Shown: positions 36,831 through 51,583 of the stretch, piece by piece
Numbering within the stretch: position 1 is the stretch's first letter
Layout: every line of letters starts with the position of its first letter
Origin: an uncultured Candidatus Actinomarinales bacterium
GTDB lineage: Bacteria > Actinomycetota > Acidimicrobiia > Actinomarinales > Actinomarinaceae
Assembly (NCBI GenBank): GCA_943789065.1
Contig: CALSSQ010000001.1
Location: forward strand, 188,619-252,618
Direction: 5' to 3'
DNA length: 64,000 bases
Translations under genes and position numbers: made by a program
Notes under the pieces: model-generated
Databases searched by the model: none
The model's input: only the letters and a program-made list of their open reading frames with translations
What the model was told of the DNA's origin: nothing

Positions 36831-37580
36831 GTGAACATTAGAAATATACCAGAATACGAATTAGCTCGATTGAGAGAAAAAGCAAAAGAAATAAATGGGT
36901 CACCTACAGACTATGAAAATGAGTATTCGACCCTATTAACAAGAAGACTTAATCACGAACCCTTGCAGTACATTGAAGAGTACGTACCTTTTTACACTAT
37001 TCAATTGAAAGTTGATCAACGTTGTTTAATACCTAGACCTGAAACTGAGTATCTTATTGAGCTAATCAAAGAAAATACTGAACCATCAAAAGGCATTTTA
37101 GATATTGGAACTGGATCAGGATGTATTGCTTTAATGATGAAAGTTTTATTTCCTGATGTTGAAGTTTCCGGTATAGATATTTCCCAAGAAGCATTAAGTA
37201 TTGCAATTGAAAATGCACAACTTAACTCAGTGCCAGTAAACTTTTATCAATCTGATCTGTTAGGAAATGTTAAAACTAAAAATATTGATTTAATAATTGC
37301 AAATCTTCCGTATATCCCTCAGGAAAATTTAGATGACCTTGATAAAGAGGTTATTGATTATGAACCTCTAATTGCATTAAACGGGGGAGTAGACGGCCTA
37401 GAAATAATATCAAGATTAATAAAACAAATTGAAAGTAATGACCTCACCAACTTAACACTTTGTCTTGAGATTGACTCAACAAAGTCAGAACAAACTTTAG
37501 AATTATTGACAGATTGGAAAGATGTCAAAGTACTAAAAGATTTAGCTGAAAGGGATCGCTATGTTTTTGCAACTAGATAA
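36831..37580 (+). CDS. prmC: Release factor glutamine methyltransferase
   Basis: LIPRPETE, LDIGTGSG, NLPY, EPxxALNGGVDGL; follows prfA. Confidence 0.93.
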   Translation: MNIRNIPEYELARLREKAKEINGSPTDYENEYSTLLTRRLNHEPLQYIEEYVPFYTIQLKVDQRCLIPRPETEYLIELIKENTEPSKGILDIGTGSGCIALMMKVLFPDVEVSGIDISQEALSIAIENAQLNSVPVNFYQSDLLGNVKTKNIDLIIANLPYIPQENLDDLDKEVIDYEPLIALNGGVDGLEIISRLIKQIESNDLTNLTLCLEIDSTKSEQTLELLTDWKDVKVLKDLAERDRYVFATR

Positions 37581-38148
37581 TTTAGATAAAGCTGTAAGTA
37601 AAATTGAAAAGAATCAAATTGTAGGTATTCCCACTGAAACTGTCTACGGGATCGGTGTTAACCCAAATTCTCAGGCAGCAGTAGAAAATCTTTTTAAAAT
37701 CAAAAAAAGAGATGATGACAATCCGGTCTCATTGCTCGTACATTCTTTTGCTGAATTAAGAAAACTTAATATAAAAACACAAATACCTGAAGTAGTTGAG
37801 TTATATTGGCCCGGCCCATTGACAGTAGTTGTTGAGGTGGAGGAAGCATTCCCACCCGGCGTAGGAACCATCAATCCTAATTCAGTTGGAATTAGAGTAC
37901 CTGAAAATGAACTAGCCCTTGAACTATTGAAACAAACTGGACCTTTAGCAGTTACTAGTGCAAATATTTCAGGTAACAAGGAGGCAAATAATCATGTTGA
38001 AGCTGAAAATATATTTGGAGATTCTGTTTCAGCCTATTTGGAAGGTTATGCAACTCACGGGGATGGTTCAACAGTTGTAGACCTCAGAATAGAGGGAGGA
38101 AAAATTTTAAGGCAAGGTCCATTAAAGTGGCCACCAAGTTACTGTTAA
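37561..38148 (+). CDS. tsaC: L-threonylcarbamoyladenylate synthase (Sua5/YwlC/TsaC)
   Basis: PTETVYG, WPGPLT, TSANISG, STVVD motifs. Confidence 0.9.
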   Translation: MFLQLDNLDKAVSKIEKNQIVGIPTETVYGIGVNPNSQAAVENLFKIKKRDDDNPVSLLVHSFAELRKLNIKTQIPEVVELYWPGPLTVVVEVEEAFPPGVGTINPNSVGIRVPENELALELLKQTGPLAVTSANISGNKEANNHVEAENIFGDSVSAYLEGYATHGDGSTVVDLRIEGGKILRQGPLKWPPSYC

Positions 38149-38151
38149 GAT

Positions 38152-39420
38152 ATGAATATGGATATGAATGGCGCTTCACAAAAGAACTTGGCTGATGTTG
38201 ATGTCGAAATTTCAAATTTAATAGATAAAGATTTAAGTAGACAGAATTCTCATATTCATTTAATTGCATCTGAAAACTTTGCATCGAAAGCAGTAATGGA
38301 GGCATCAGGATCAATTCTTACAAACAAATACTCTGAAGGCTTTCCTGGTAGAAGATACTATGAAGGATGTGAGACTGTTGATGAAATAGAACAACTAGCT
38401 ATAGATAGAGCTTGTGAGCTTTTTGATGCTGATCATGCAAATGTTCAACCACACTCTGGCTCTTCAGCAAATATGGCGGTCTATCTTCAATTATTAAATG
38501 CTGGAGATACTGTCATGGGGATGAACCTTGATCAAGGTGGTCACTTGACACACGGTTCGCCTGTAAATTTTTCTGGCCGCATGTATGATTTTGTAGGTTA
38601 TGGCTTAAATAAGGAAACAGAATTAATTGATATGGAGGAGGTTGAGAAACTTGCCCACCAACATAAACCAAAATTATTGATAGCCGGTTACTCCTCTTAC
38701 TCACAAAATTTAGATTTCAAAGCCTTTAGGGAAATAGCAGATTCAATAGATGCAAAGTTTATGGTTGATGCAGCCCATTTTATTGGATTAGTTGCAGGTA
38801 AAGTTGTGGATAATCCGATGGAGTATGCAGATATTGTCACAGCCACAACACATAAAGCTCTTAGAGGTCCACGGGGTGGACTCATACTTTCTAAAGAAGA
38901 ATTTGCAAAAGATGTAGATAAAAATATTTTTCCTGGTGCACAGGGTGGAGCAATAAACAATCAAATAGCTGCAAAAGCAGTTTGTTTCAAGGAAGCGTTA
39001 TCAGACGATTTTAAAACGTACGCACAACAGATTTTAAAGAACGCTAAAGCTTTAGCAGACTCATTCTCAAACGAGGGATTAAGGGTTGTTAGTGGAGGAA
39101 CCGTTAACCATATTGTCTTAGTTGATACTCAGAGTGTGGATGAAGAACTCACAGGAAAAGAAGCTGGTATTTTATTGAATGAAATGGGTATAACTCTCAA
39201 TAGAAACGCAATACCATTTGATACAAGATCTCCCTTTGTAACATCAGGTATACGCATGGGAACACCAGCAGTTACAACCTGTGGTATGAAAGAAGAGCAG
39301 TTAACTACAGTTGGTTTATTAATCTCTGATATTCTCAAAAATAGGAATGATGAAAAACAATTATCAAATTTAAAAGCCCAGGTAAGAGATCTGGCAATAA
39401 CACATCAACCGTATGCCTAA
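38152..39420 (+). CDS. glyA: Serine hydroxymethyltransferase
   Basis: [41 protein letters not shown]. Confidence 0.98.
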   Translation: MNMDMNGASQKNLADVDVEISNLIDKDLSRQNSHIHLIASENFASKAVMEASGSILTNKYSEGFPGRRYYEGCETVDEIEQLAIDRACELFDADHANVQPHSGSSANMAVYLQLLNAGDTVMGMNLDQGGHLTHGSPVNFSGRMYDFVGYGLNKETELIDMEEVEKLAHQHKPKLLIAGYSSYSQNLDFKAFREIADSIDAKFMVDAAHFIGLVAGKVVDNPMEYADIVTATTHKALRGPRGGLILSKEEFAKDVDKNIFPGAQGGAINNQIAAKAVCFKEALSDDFKTYAQQILKNAKALADSFSNEGLRVVSGGTVNHIVLVDTQSVDEELTGKEAGILLNEMGITLNRNAIPFDTRSPFVTSGIRMGTPAVTTCGMKEEQLTTVGLLISDILKNRNDEKQLSNLKAQVRDLAITHQPYA

Positions 39421-39622
39421 AAAAAATAATCTTAACCTTCAAGACTTTGGTCCAGTAACTTCCTTTTCAACATCGATCATTAGCGGACTACTTATTGGAC
39501 TCTTAATTCAATACTTTATTGGCTATGAACCAGTTCCAGTAATTATATTTGTTTTAATAGGTATCTATGATGGCTCAAGAAGAATGTGGCAAATCTCCAA
39601 AAAGTTAGAGAATAACTTATGA
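39413..39622 (+). CDS. AtpZ/AtpI-family small membrane protein
   Basis: Two TM segments, first gene of the atp operon. Confidence 0.7.
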   Translation: MPKKNNLNLQDFGPVTSFSTSIISGLLIGLLIQYFIGYEPVPVIIFVLIGIYDGSRRMWQISKKLENNL

Positions 39623-40006
39623 ATGTGGAGTTAATACTTGCTACTCGTATGCTTAAACGATCTTTTCCAATTTATACACTTGTCCCGTTATTGTTCTTGA
39701 TAAAATCAACAGAATCTATGATCACATCTCTTGTTTCTGGTTTGATTGTTGCATCAGGTTTTTATTTGGGAGCTTTTCTAATGTCTTTTGCTGCAAATAT
39801 CTCACTTAACTTTTATTATTTCTCAGCTTTATTTGGCTACGTAGCAAGATTAATTTACATATTTGGATTTCTCTTATTATTTAGAAACCTATATTCTATT
39901 GATGAAATGGCAATGTCACTGACAGTGCCAATTGTTTTTTTGAGTATGTTATTTTTAGAAATGGCTATGGTTATAAAGAGAAAAGACACAGATTTAGATT
40001 GGGCAA

Positions 40007-40023
<17 letters not shown>
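39619..40023 (+). CDS. atpI: ATP synthase protein I
   Basis: Four-TM 134-aa protein directly upstream of atpB. Confidence 0.7.
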
Positions 40024-41034
<1,011 letters not shown>

Positions 41035-41043
41035 GATTAACTA

Positions 41044-41589
41044 ATGACTTTAAATTTAAACGTATTTTACGCAGAAGCTGAAGAAGCAGGCTCAGGGGTA
41101 GATCTACTACTCCCGGCAACATCAGAATTAGTAGCTGGTGTGGCTGCATTTGCCATTGTCTTTTTCTTTGTATGGAAATGGGCACTACCAGCCTTAAATA
41201 CAACTCTTGAAGAAAGAGCTGCATCAATTGAAGGACAAATTGAAGCTGCTGAAGCAACAAAAGCGGAAGCAGAATCAACAAAAGCTGAATATGCAAAGTT
41301 AGTTTCAGATGCTAATTCAGAAGTTCAAAAAATAATTGATGAAGGTAAAGCTGCTGCAGAAAAAGTAAAAGAAGAAATTATCGATCAAGCTAGACAAGAT
41401 GCTGAAGCAATTGTTGAAAAAGCTAAGTCCGATTCTGAAGCTGAGAAAGAAAGATTATCATCAGAGATAAGTTCTCAGGTAGCAGATCTGTCATTAGCAA
41501 TTTCACAAAAGGTTGCTGCATCAATGTCTGAAAAAGATCAACAAGATTTAATTGATAAATTCATTAAAGACATGGAGACATCAAGCTAA
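41044..41589 (+). CDS. atpF: F0 subunit b
   Basis: N-terminal TM, P...L.ER...I, long charged helix. Confidence 0.93.
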   Translation: MTLNLNVFYAEAEEAGSGVDLLLPATSELVAGVAAFAIVFFFVWKWALPALNTTLEERAASIEGQIEAAEATKAEAESTKAEYAKLVSDANSEVQKIIDEGKAAAEKVKEEIIDQARQDAEAIVEKAKSDSEAEKERLSSEISSQVADLSLAISQKVAASMSEKDQQDLIDKFIKDMETSS

Positions 41590-42117
41590 ATGGGTACAGA
41601 ATCTTTTTCTAAAGGGTTAGTAGAAATTATTTCATCGTCTGACGACAGTGTGAAAATTGAAGAGGAATTCCTCCAAGTTCTTCAAGTTTTAAACAGTAAT
41701 ACTGAAGCGTTAGATGTATTTAGAAATTTTGGTATACCTGCAGATAAGAAAATTGAAGCGATAAGTAGTATATTTTCAAAAAGGGTTACTTCAATGACTC
41801 TTGATTTAATAACACTTACTATCTCTCAAGGCTATGCGGATAACTTGTCAGATATTGAACAGCAAGTTTCTAACTATATTGCTGAAAAAAGAGGTGCAGC
41901 ATTAGCAAAGGTTATTTCAGCTGTTGAATTAAATGACTCAACTCAGAATGATCTCAAAGCTGCTCTAAAAAGCAAGTTAGGCAGAGATATAGAGTTAAGT
42001 CTTAAAGTTGACTCCTCTGTAATAGGAGGAATAAAAGTAAGTATTGGAGAAAGAACCTTTGATGGATTGCTTTCATCAAAATTTTCAGATATACAAACAG
42101 TATTAGAAGGAAGGTAA
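41590..42117 (+). CDS. atpH: F1 subunit delta
   Basis: VISAVEL...[11 protein letters not shown]...DG C-terminus. Confidence 0.9.
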   Translation: MGTESFSKGLVEIISSSDDSVKIEEEFLQVLQVLNSNTEALDVFRNFGIPADKKIEAISSIFSKRVTSMTLDLITLTISQGYADNLSDIEQQVSNYIAEKRGAALAKVISAVELNDSTQNDLKAALKSKLGRDIELSLKVDSSVIGGIKVSIGERTFDGLLSSKFSDIQTVLEGR

Positions 42118-42118
42118 T

Positions 42119-43639
42119 GTGAGCGATTTAAATATAGATCCAAAACAAATTTCAGAATCTCTAAAAGAAACTTTAGGGAATTGGTCAGACGAAGTAAAAG
42201 ATGATTTAGTTGGTTATGTAGCTTCCATAGCTGATGGAGTCGCAAGGGTTAAAGGATTAGAGAATGCAATGTCTTCTGAACTTCTGGAATTTCCTGGTGG
42301 ACTTTTAGGTGTTGCTCTCAACTTAGATGAAGACTCTATTGGTGTTGTCTTGATGGGTGACTCAGATCATATTCAAGAAGGTATGCCCGTAAAACAAACA
42401 GGTGAAGTTTTATCTATAGGTGTTGGCGATGGTTTTCTTGGAAGAGTTATTGATACTCTTGGAAACCCAATAGACGGTAAGGGACCAATCGAATTTACAG
42501 AGAGAAGATTAATGGAAACTCAAGCACCAACAGTCGTTGAAAGACAGCCTGTTGGAGAGCCACTTCAAACTGGTATAAAAGCTATTGACTCCATGATTCC
42601 AATTGGAAGAGGTCAAAGAGAATTAATAATTGGTGATAGAGGTATTGGTAAAACTGCAGTAGCAATTGACACAATTATTAATCAAAAAGACACAGATGTT
42701 AAATGTATCTATGTTGCTATTGGTCAGAAATCTTCCACTGTTGCTGAAGTAGTTGCAAGACTTGAAAGTGAAGGAGTACTTGATAAGACAGTAATTGTTA
42801 ATGCTCCCGCATCAGCAGCAGCAGCACTTCAAATGTATGCCCCTTATGCTGGATCAGCAATTGGACAACATTGGATGTACAATGGCGAACACGCTTTAAT
42901 TGTCTTTGACGATCTTTCAAAACAAGCTATCGCTTACAGGCAAATATCATTATTACTCAGAAGACCTCCAGGAAGAGAAGCTTATCCAGGTGACGTGTTT
43001 TATTTGCATTCACGACTTCTAGAACGTTGTGCAAAGGTGTCTGAAGACTTAGGCGGAGGATCTATGACTGGCTTACCTATCATAGAAACAAAAGCTGGTG
43101 ATGTATCTGCTTTCATTCCTACTAATGTAATTTCGATTACTGATGGACAAATATACCTAGAAAGTGAATTATTTTACTCTGGTGTTAGGCCCGCAGTAAA
43201 CCCTGGTACTTCAGTTTCACGTGTTGGTGGTGCAGCTCAAACAAAAGCTATGAAAAAAGTTTCTGGACCATTAAGAATCAATCTAGCTCAGTTTAGGGAG
43301 CTCGAAGCTTTCGCAGAGTTTGGATCAGATTTAGACGCAGCATCACAGTCACAGTTGGATAGAGGTATTCGAGTTGTTGAAATGTTAAAACAGCCTCAAT
43401 ACGAACCAGTAGCAACAGAAGATCAAGTTATTGCACTTTACGCTGTTACAGAAGGTTATTTTGATAAAGTACCAGTTGATGGAATATATGAAGCAGAAAA
43501 GAATTTACTTGAATTCGTGAAAACACGATATTCAGACATGGTTAATACTATAAAAGAAACAGGAGAGCTTCCGGGAGATGAATTAAAAGACGCCGTTATA
43601 GCTTTCGTTGCAACCTTGGAAACACCAGAAGAGGACTAA
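42119..43639 (+). CDS. atpA: F1 subunit alpha
   Basis: [41 protein letters not shown]. Confidence 0.98.
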   Translation: MSDLNIDPKQISESLKETLGNWSDEVKDDLVGYVASIADGVARVKGLENAMSSELLEFPGGLLGVALNLDEDSIGVVLMGDSDHIQEGMPVKQTGEVLSIGVGDGFLGRVIDTLGNPIDGKGPIEFTERRLMETQAPTVVERQPVGEPLQTGIKAIDSMIPIGRGQRELIIGDRGIGKTAVAIDTIINQKDTDVKCIYVAIGQKSSTVAEVVARLESEGVLDKTVIVNAPASAAAALQMYAPYAGSAIGQHWMYNGEHALIVFDDLSKQAIAYRQISLLLRRPPGREAYPGDVFYLHSRLLERCAKVSEDLGGGSMTGLPIIETKAGDVSAFIPTNVISITDGQIYLESELFYSGVRPAVNPGTSVSRVGGAAQTKAMKKVSGPLRINLAQFRELEAFAEFGSDLDAASQSQLDRGIRVVEMLKQPQYEPVATEDQVIALYAVTEGYFDKVPVDGIYEAEKNLLEFVKTRYSDMVNTIKETGELPGDELKDAVIAFVATLETPEED

Positions 43640-43641
43640 AA

Positions 43642-45935
<2,294 letters not shown>

Positions 45936-45937
45936 TC

Positions 45938-46255
45938 ATGATTGTTAATGTAGTTAGCCCAGAGGAAGAATACTTTAGTGGCGAGTCAACAATGGTCGTC
46001 ACCAGGACTCCAAATGGTGAAATCGGAATCTATAGTGGCCACGAAGCTACTGTAGCAACAATATTGCCTGGTGGATTAACAATTGAACACTCTGGAGGTA
46101 AGGACAGCTACGCAGTATCTGGAGGCCTTCTTCAAATTACTCCAGAAAAAGTAACTGTACTTGGTGAAATCATTGAAAAGATTGATGGAGACCACGAGGC
46201 AGCAATTTTACGTGGCAAAGAATTAGTAGAAGACTTAACAGAACAAGATAGTTAA
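45938..46255 (+). CDS. atpC: F1 subunit epsilon (short)
   Basis: VVSPE, GEIGIYSGH, SGG motifs; last atp gene. Confidence 0.9.
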   Translation: MIVNVVSPEEEYFSGESTMVVTRTPNGEIGIYSGHEATVATILPGGLTIEHSGGKDSYAVSGGLLQITPEKVTVLGEIIEKIDGDHEAAILRGKELVEDLTEQDS

Positions 46256-46257
46256 TA

Positions 46258-47088
46258 ATGAAAAGCATACTCGCTTTTCATGCACACCCAGACGATGAAT
46301 CAGTATCAACAGGTGTCACTTTAGCAAAATATGCAGCTGAAGGGCATAGAGTAGTTGTTGCCACCGCAACCGATGGCTCTGCTGGAGAGATTCATAACTA
46401 CGATAATCCAGAAGAACTTTTTCCTAAACTCGCTGAAATGAGAAGAAAAGAGTTAGAGGCAAGCCTTGAAGCACTTGGTGTTAAAGAGTATGAATGGATG
46501 GGGTTTAAAGATTCTGGAATGATGGGTACTAGTGAAAATGAAGATCCAGATTGTTTCTGGAGACAAAACTATTTTGATCCTGTTGGAAAACTTGTCGACA
46601 TAATTAGAAAATATAAACCTGATGCTTTAATCACATACGATCCTTTTGGAGGCTATGGTCATCCAGATCATATTCAGACACATAGAATCGGAACCGCAGC
46701 CTACTTTGCTGCCAGTGATTTAGACAAATTTCCTCTAAAAGAGGGTCAAGAAGTCTGGATACCAGAGCGTCTGTATTACAGTGCCTGGTCTAAGACAAGA
46801 ATGCAATCAAGAAGGCAACAAATGTTTGATGCTGGAATTATTTCAGAAGAAGAGTTTAATAGATTTAACCCAATTGGCAGTGAACATGACGATATAGATG
46901 TTGAGGTTGATGGAAGAAAGTATGTTGAGCATAAAATTAATTCTATGAAAGCTCATCGAAGTCAGTTTAAAAATGACTGGTGGGGTTTTAATATCCCAGA
47001 TGAATTTAAAGAGGACTTTTTAGGATATGAAAATTATATTCTCGCTTTTAATAGAGGAAATTGGTCTTCAGAATCTGAACTTGTTTAA
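46258..47088 (+). CDS. mshB: PIG-L family deacetylase, MshB-like (mycothiol biosynthesis)
   Basis: HAHPDDE, DSGMMG, TYDPFGGYGHPDHIQTH. Confidence 0.65.
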   Translation: MKSILAFHAHPDDESVSTGVTLAKYAAEGHRVVVATATDGSAGEIHNYDNPEELFPKLAEMRRKELEASLEALGVKEYEWMGFKDSGMMGTSENEDPDCFWRQNYFDPVGKLVDIIRKYKPDALITYDPFGGYGHPDHIQTHRIGTAAYFAASDLDKFPLKEGQEVWIPERLYYSAWSKTRMQSRRQQMFDAGIISEEEFNRFNPIGSEHDDIDVEVDGRKYVEHKINSMKAHRSQFKNDWWGFNIPDEFKEDFLGYENYILAFNRGNWSSESELV

Positions 47089-47100
47089 GTTTGAATCACT

Positions 47101-47133
47101 TTTAACTTTGGTTTACTTCATTTTTACTTACTA
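47101..47133 (+). promoter_or_regulatory. Candidate PHO box upstream of pstS
   Basis: TTTAAC / TTTACT / TTTACT at 47101, 47112 and 47123 (11-bp period). Confidence 0.55.
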
Positions 47134-47177
47134 ATTTTATATTTTTAATTAAGTAAAAAAATTAGAAAGGCAATTTA

Positions 47178-48176
47178 ATGACTAAATTAAAATTTACTTC
47201 ATTACTGTTGATTCTATCTTTATTAGTAGTTGCATGCGGAGATAGCAATGAAACTAGTTCTGATGATTTAACAGATGGTGAAGAATTAGTTACCCAAACA
47301 ACTGTTGAATCTACAAATGAAGTTTCTGAGCCAGCAGTAGAGACACTTACTGGTGAGATATTGATTGATGGTTCTTCAACAGTTTTTCCAATTACTCAAG
47401 CTGTAGCTGAGGAATTTACAATCTTAAATCCTGACGTGAAAATTTCAGTTGGAGTTTCTGGAACAGGTGGTGGTTTTAAGAAATTCTGTCCTGGCGAGAC
47501 TATGATATCAAATGCATCAAGGGCAATAAAAGATAAAGAAGTAGCACTTTGTGAAGAGAACAACACTAACTATTTAGAGGTGCAAGTTGGTATAGATGCA
47601 TTATCAGTAGTAATACCATCTTCAAATGACTGGGCAACATGCTTGACAGTTGATGAGTTAAATTCAATATGGGTTGCTGATAGCTCAGTAAGTAGCTGGA
47701 GTGAAGTTAGAAGCGCATTCCCTGATGTGCCAATAGATTTATATGGCCCTGGTACGGATTCAGGAACTTTTGATTTTTTCAATGAGGAAATAACTGGAGA
47801 AACAGGTAGCCGATCTGATTACACAGCTTCTGAAGATGATAACGTATTAGTAAATGGAGTTTCTGGTTCTCAAGGTGGCCTTGGTTATTTTGGACTAGCT
47901 TACTATGAAGAGAATAAAGATAAATTAAACGCAGTACAAGTTGACGCTGGAAATGGTTGTCAGCCGCCAGAAGCTGCTTTTGAAGGAAATTACTTTTTAG
48001 CAAGACCGTTATATGTATATATTTCAGAGTCTGTAAAAGAAGATCAAGTAGTTAAAGCATTTATTGACTTCTATTTTGAAGCTATGGATATTATCGTTCC
48101 TGCAGTTGGATACGTACCTATGCTTGAAGATCAAAAAGCCAATGCACTATCTGCTTGGCAGAACTTTAGTAGCTGA
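47178..48176 (+). CDS. pstS: Phosphate ABC transporter substrate-binding lipoprotein
   Basis: Lipobox LVVAC, IDGSSTVFP, SGTGGGF, DSGTFDFF, GYFGLAY. Confidence 0.95.
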   Translation: MTKLKFTSLLLILSLLVVACGDSNETSSDDLTDGEELVTQTTVESTNEVSEPAVETLTGEILIDGSSTVFPITQAVAEEFTILNPDVKISVGVSGTGGGFKKFCPGETMISNASRAIKDKEVALCEENNTNYLEVQVGIDALSVVIPSSNDWATCLTVDELNSIWVADSSVSSWSEVRSAFPDVPIDLYGPGTDSGTFDFFNEEITGETGSRSDYTASEDDNVLVNGVSGSQGGLGYFGLAYYEENKDKLNAVQVDAGNGCQPPEAAFEGNYFLARPLYVYISESVKEDQVVKAFIDFYFEAMDIIVPAVGYVPMLEDQKANALSAWQNFSS

Positions 48177-48177
48177 A

Positions 48178-48224
48178 AAACAAAAGACGTATCTGTGTAG
48201 AGATACATGGATACGTCTTTGTTT
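48178..48224 (+). terminator. Long hairpin between pstS and pstC (terminator or mRNA stabiliser)
   Basis: aaagacgtatc/gatacgtcttt arms extended to a 17-bp stem (two G-U pairs) closed by a GAGA loop, followed by a T-rich tract. Confidence 0.75.
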
Positions 48225-48243
48225 AATTTCAATATAATTTCAA

Positions 48244-48260
48244 TTTACTTTCTATTTACT
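48244..48260 (+). promoter_or_regulatory. Second candidate PHO box upstream of pstC
   Basis: TTTACT-N5-TTTACT at 48244 and 48255, the same motif as before pstS. Confidence 0.5.
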
Positions 48261-48290
48261 TTTCCAAATTAAATTTAATAAAAGTAATAA

Positions 48291-49211
48291 ATGACAAAAA
48301 ATTTAAATTTATCCAAAGTTAAGACGAAACCAGTTGAGACCATTGTAAAGTTTTTTATTACAATGTCCGCATTCGCAGCAATCCTAATTTCTGTAGCTAT
48401 AGTTTTCACTCTTCTAACTGAAGCAATTAACTTTTTTAGAGACCCTGCTGTAACTTTTAAGGAATATTTTACTGCTACAAGATGGACTCCAACTTTTAAA
48501 AATCCTGTATATGGTGTGCTACCTTTGGTTTCCTCTACTTTATATATTGCTTTAATAGCTTGCATAATTTCTTTTCCACTTGGTTTATTTTCAGCAATAT
48601 ATCTATCTGAATTTGCTTCAAGAAGAACACGTAAAATCATAAAACCAATAATGGAGATTCTTGCAGGAGTACCAACAGTAGTCTTTGGTTATTTTGCATT
48701 AAATTGGATAACTCCAAATATTGTACAACGTTTCATACCTGGCTCAGGAGTTTTTAATGCTATATCTGCAGGTATTGCTGTAGGTATCATGATTATTCCG
48801 ACAGTTGCTTCTATTTCAGATGATGCTCTTAATGCAGTACCTAAATCTTTAAGAATGGGCTCATTGGCACTAGGATCCACAAGGAGAATTACAGCACTAA
48901 AAATAATGCTCCCTGCAGCTTTGTCAGGAATTATTGCTTCGTTTATTTTAGGATTTTCTAGAGCAATTGGAGAAACGATGATAGTAACAATCGCGGGAGG
49001 ACAGTATCCGGAGCTTAACCTTGATCCACGAAAGGCTATGTACACCATTACATCCTCAATAGTTAATGTTTCACTTGGAGATACCCCCCACGGTACAACT
49101 GCCTATAATGCGTTGTTTGCACTTGGAATAACTTTATTTATTATGACTTTTATTCTTAATATTTTTTCTGATTACATAGCTAGAAAATACAGGAAAGAAT
49201 ATGAACAATAG
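48291..49211 (+). CDS. pstC: Phosphate ABC transporter permease
   Basis: EILAGVPTVVFG, EAA-like LALGSTR, RAIGETM. Confidence 0.95.
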   Translation: MTKNLNLSKVKTKPVETIVKFFITMSAFAAILISVAIVFTLLTEAINFFRDPAVTFKEYFTATRWTPTFKNPVYGVLPLVSSTLYIALIACIISFPLGLFSAIYLSEFASRRTRKIIKPIMEILAGVPTVVFGYFALNWITPNIVQRFIPGSGVFNAISAGIAVGIMIIPTVASISDDALNAVPKSLRMGSLALGSTRRITALKIMLPAALSGIIASFILGFSRAIGETMIVTIAGGQYPELNLDPRKAMYTITSSIVNVSLGDTPHGTTAYNALFALGITLFIMTFILNIFSDYIARKYRKEYEQ

Positions 49212-50121
49212 TCAATTGTTGAAGGGTTCAAAAAAAGAGAGAGAGTTAAAAGAATTAGCCTTTTTAACTATTTTGTATCTTTGTGTAACAGTAGCAATAG
49301 TTACTTTAATGACACTTATCTATGATGTTATCTCTACAGGTTACTCTCGTTTATTAAGTGATTATGAATTAGGACTAATTAATAAGGTAACAATTGATAA
49401 CCCAAAAGACTTCTTAACAAGTTTAGATTCCAGAGACCCACTAAAAGCGGGCATAGGACCAGCGTTTGCTGGAACCATCTGGCTTATGGTTATTGTAATT
49501 GCGGCTACATTCCCACTCGGTGCAGGTGCGGCGATATATCTGCAAGAATTTGCTCCAAGAAATAAATTAACAAGGTTTATTGAGTTAAATTTAACTAATT
49601 TAGCAGGAGTCCCATCAGTAATTTATGGATTAATGGGTCTAGCAGTTTTTGTTAGACTTGCTGGCTTTGGAAGATCAGTATTATCTGGTGGCTTAACTTT
49701 AACTTTATTAATTCTTCCTGTGGTCATTGTTGCTTCGAGAGAAGCTTTAAAAGCGGTTCCTGACACAATTAGACAAGGTGCATTAGCTTTGGGGTCAACA
49801 AGATTCCAGGCAATATTTAGACAAGTTGTTCCCTCAGCAATTCCTGGAATGGTAACAGGAATGGTCCTTGGTTTATCTAGAGCGATTGGTGAAACAGCCC
49901 CATTAATTTTTATGGGTGCACTCACTTATGTTAATTATTATCCAGACACCCCTCTTAGTGGATTTACTGCCATACCAATCCAAGTTTATAACTGGATAGG
50001 TTACCCACAATCTGAATGGAAAGATACATCATCTGCGGGAATAATACTATTGCTTGGTTTGCTTTTAAGCATGAATGCTTTGGCTTTAATTATTAGAAAT
50101 AGATTTGAAAAAGATTGGTAA
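49201..50121 (+). CDS. pstA: Phosphate ABC transporter permease
   Basis: LAGVPSVIYG, REALKAVP, RAIGETAPL. Confidence 0.95.
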   Translation: MNNSQLLKGSKKERELKELAFLTILYLCVTVAIVTLMTLIYDVISTGYSRLLSDYELGLINKVTIDNPKDFLTSLDSRDPLKAGIGPAFAGTIWLMVIVIAATFPLGAGAAIYLQEFAPRNKLTRFIELNLTNLAGVPSVIYGLMGLAVFVRLAGFGRSVLSGGLTLTLLILPVVIVASREALKAVPDTIRQGALALGSTRFQAIFRQVVPSAIPGMVTGMVLGLSRAIGETAPLIFMGALTYVNYYPDTPLSGFTAIPIQVYNWIGYPQSEWKDTSSAGIILLLGLLLSMNALALIIRNRFEKDW

Positions 50122-50138
50122 TAATCAGGGAGGAATAA

Positions 50139-50945
50139 ATGGAAACTAAGATAACAACAAAAAAAGAGTTAGATTATGTTTTTACAGTTAGAGATGTATC
50201 GGTAAGTTACGGAGATTTTACGGCAGTAAAGAATGTCTCTATGGATATGTTTAAAAATAACATCACTGCCTTCATAGGCCCATCAGGTTGTGGTAAAAGC
50301 ACCCTTATCAGATCATTTAATAGGATGAATGATCTGATTCCTAATGCTGCTGTAAACGGTGAAATAAATTATCAAGGCATAAACCTATACGATAAAGAAG
50401 TAGATCCAGTGCAAGTACGAAGAAGAATTGGTATGGTTTTTCAAAAACCAAATCCATTTCCAAAATCAATTCGAGAAAATATAACTTTTGGATTAAAGGT
50501 TAATAATATGACCGACAATTTAGATGACAGAGTTGAAAAAGCACTTACACAGGCAGCTCTTTGGGATGAAGTTAAAAACGACCTAGATAAAAATGCACTC
50601 GATCTTTCTGGAGGGCAGCAACAGAGATTATGCATTGCAAGAACAATCGCAGTCGAACCAGACACAATTTTGATGGATGAACCATGCTCAGCACTAGACC
50701 CAGTTGCAACTAAAAAAATTGAAGATTTAATGCAGATATTAGTAAAAGATTTTTCCATACTTATAGTGACTCATAACATGCAACAAGCATCAAGAGTATC
50801 TAACTACTGTGCTTTTTTTACAACAAAGGCAACTGATGATGGAAGAAGGACTGGTGAATTAGTAGAATATAGCGATACAAAAACTATGTTTACAAATCCA
50901 TCTGAAAGTTTAACAGAAGAATATATCAGTGGGAGGTTTGGATGA
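50139..50945 (+). CDS. pstB: Phosphate ABC transporter ATPase
   Basis: [38 protein letters not shown]. Confidence 0.97.
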   Translation: METKITTKKELDYVFTVRDVSVSYGDFTAVKNVSMDMFKNNITAFIGPSGCGKSTLIRSFNRMNDLIPNAAVNGEINYQGINLYDKEVDPVQVRRRIGMVFQKPNPFPKSIRENITFGLKVNNMTDNLDDRVEKALTQAALWDEVKNDLDKNALDLSGGQQQRLCIARTIAVEPDTILMDEPCSALDPVATKKIEDLMQILVKDFSILIVTHNMQQASRVSNYCAFFTTKATDDGRRTGELVEYSDTKTMFTNPSESLTEEYISGRFG

Positions 50946-51583
50946 GTTTAGAACAGAAAATAAATAATCTTGAAACGGATTTACACATTATGGGGACTTT
51001 AGTTCTTGAATCGTTGGTAAGCGCCGTAAGGGCGTTAGAAGACAAAGATATTGCAAAAGCATCAGTAGTGATTGATAAAGATGATGAGATAGATGATGCA
51101 TATATGAAGATCGATCAAGACTGGTTCGAACTTATGGCTACGGAACAACCTGTAGCTTCGGATTTAAGACTCTCAACATCAATTCTGCAAGCAAGCTTAC
51201 ACTTGGAAAGACTTGGCGATTTATCTGTTTATTTAGGAAAAACAACTCACGAAATACATGATTTACCGATTCCAGAAAGTTTACATAAAATTGTCATTGA
51301 AATGGGTGATATGGTAATCGACATGGCTTCTTCAGCATTAGAAAGTTTAAAAAACAGAGACGCTGAACTAGCCCTATCAACTGCAAGAAAAGATGAACTT
51401 ATAAATAGCTTATACAATAAAATGCTAAATGAAGTACCCAATATTTCTGGTAATAAAGACTTATACAGTGGATTATTTAGACTAATAACATGTGTGAGAA
51501 CTTTAGAAAGAGGTGGGGATCACGCTGTAGATATATGCGAACTAGCCTCATTTCTAGTCACTGGAGAGTTTAAGGAGTTCTAA
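50942..51583 (+). CDS. phoU: Phosphate signalling protein PhoU
   Basis: [25 protein letters not shown]. Confidence 0.93.
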   Translation: MSLEQKINNLETDLHIMGTLVLESLVSAVRALEDKDIAKASVVIDKDDEIDDAYMKIDQDWFELMATEQPVASDLRLSTSILQASLHLERLGDLSVYLGKTTHEIHDLPIPESLHKIVIEMGDMVIDMASSALESLKNRDAELALSTARKDELINSLYNKMLNEVPNISGNKDLYSGLFRLITCVRTLERGGDHAVDICELASFLVTGEFKEF

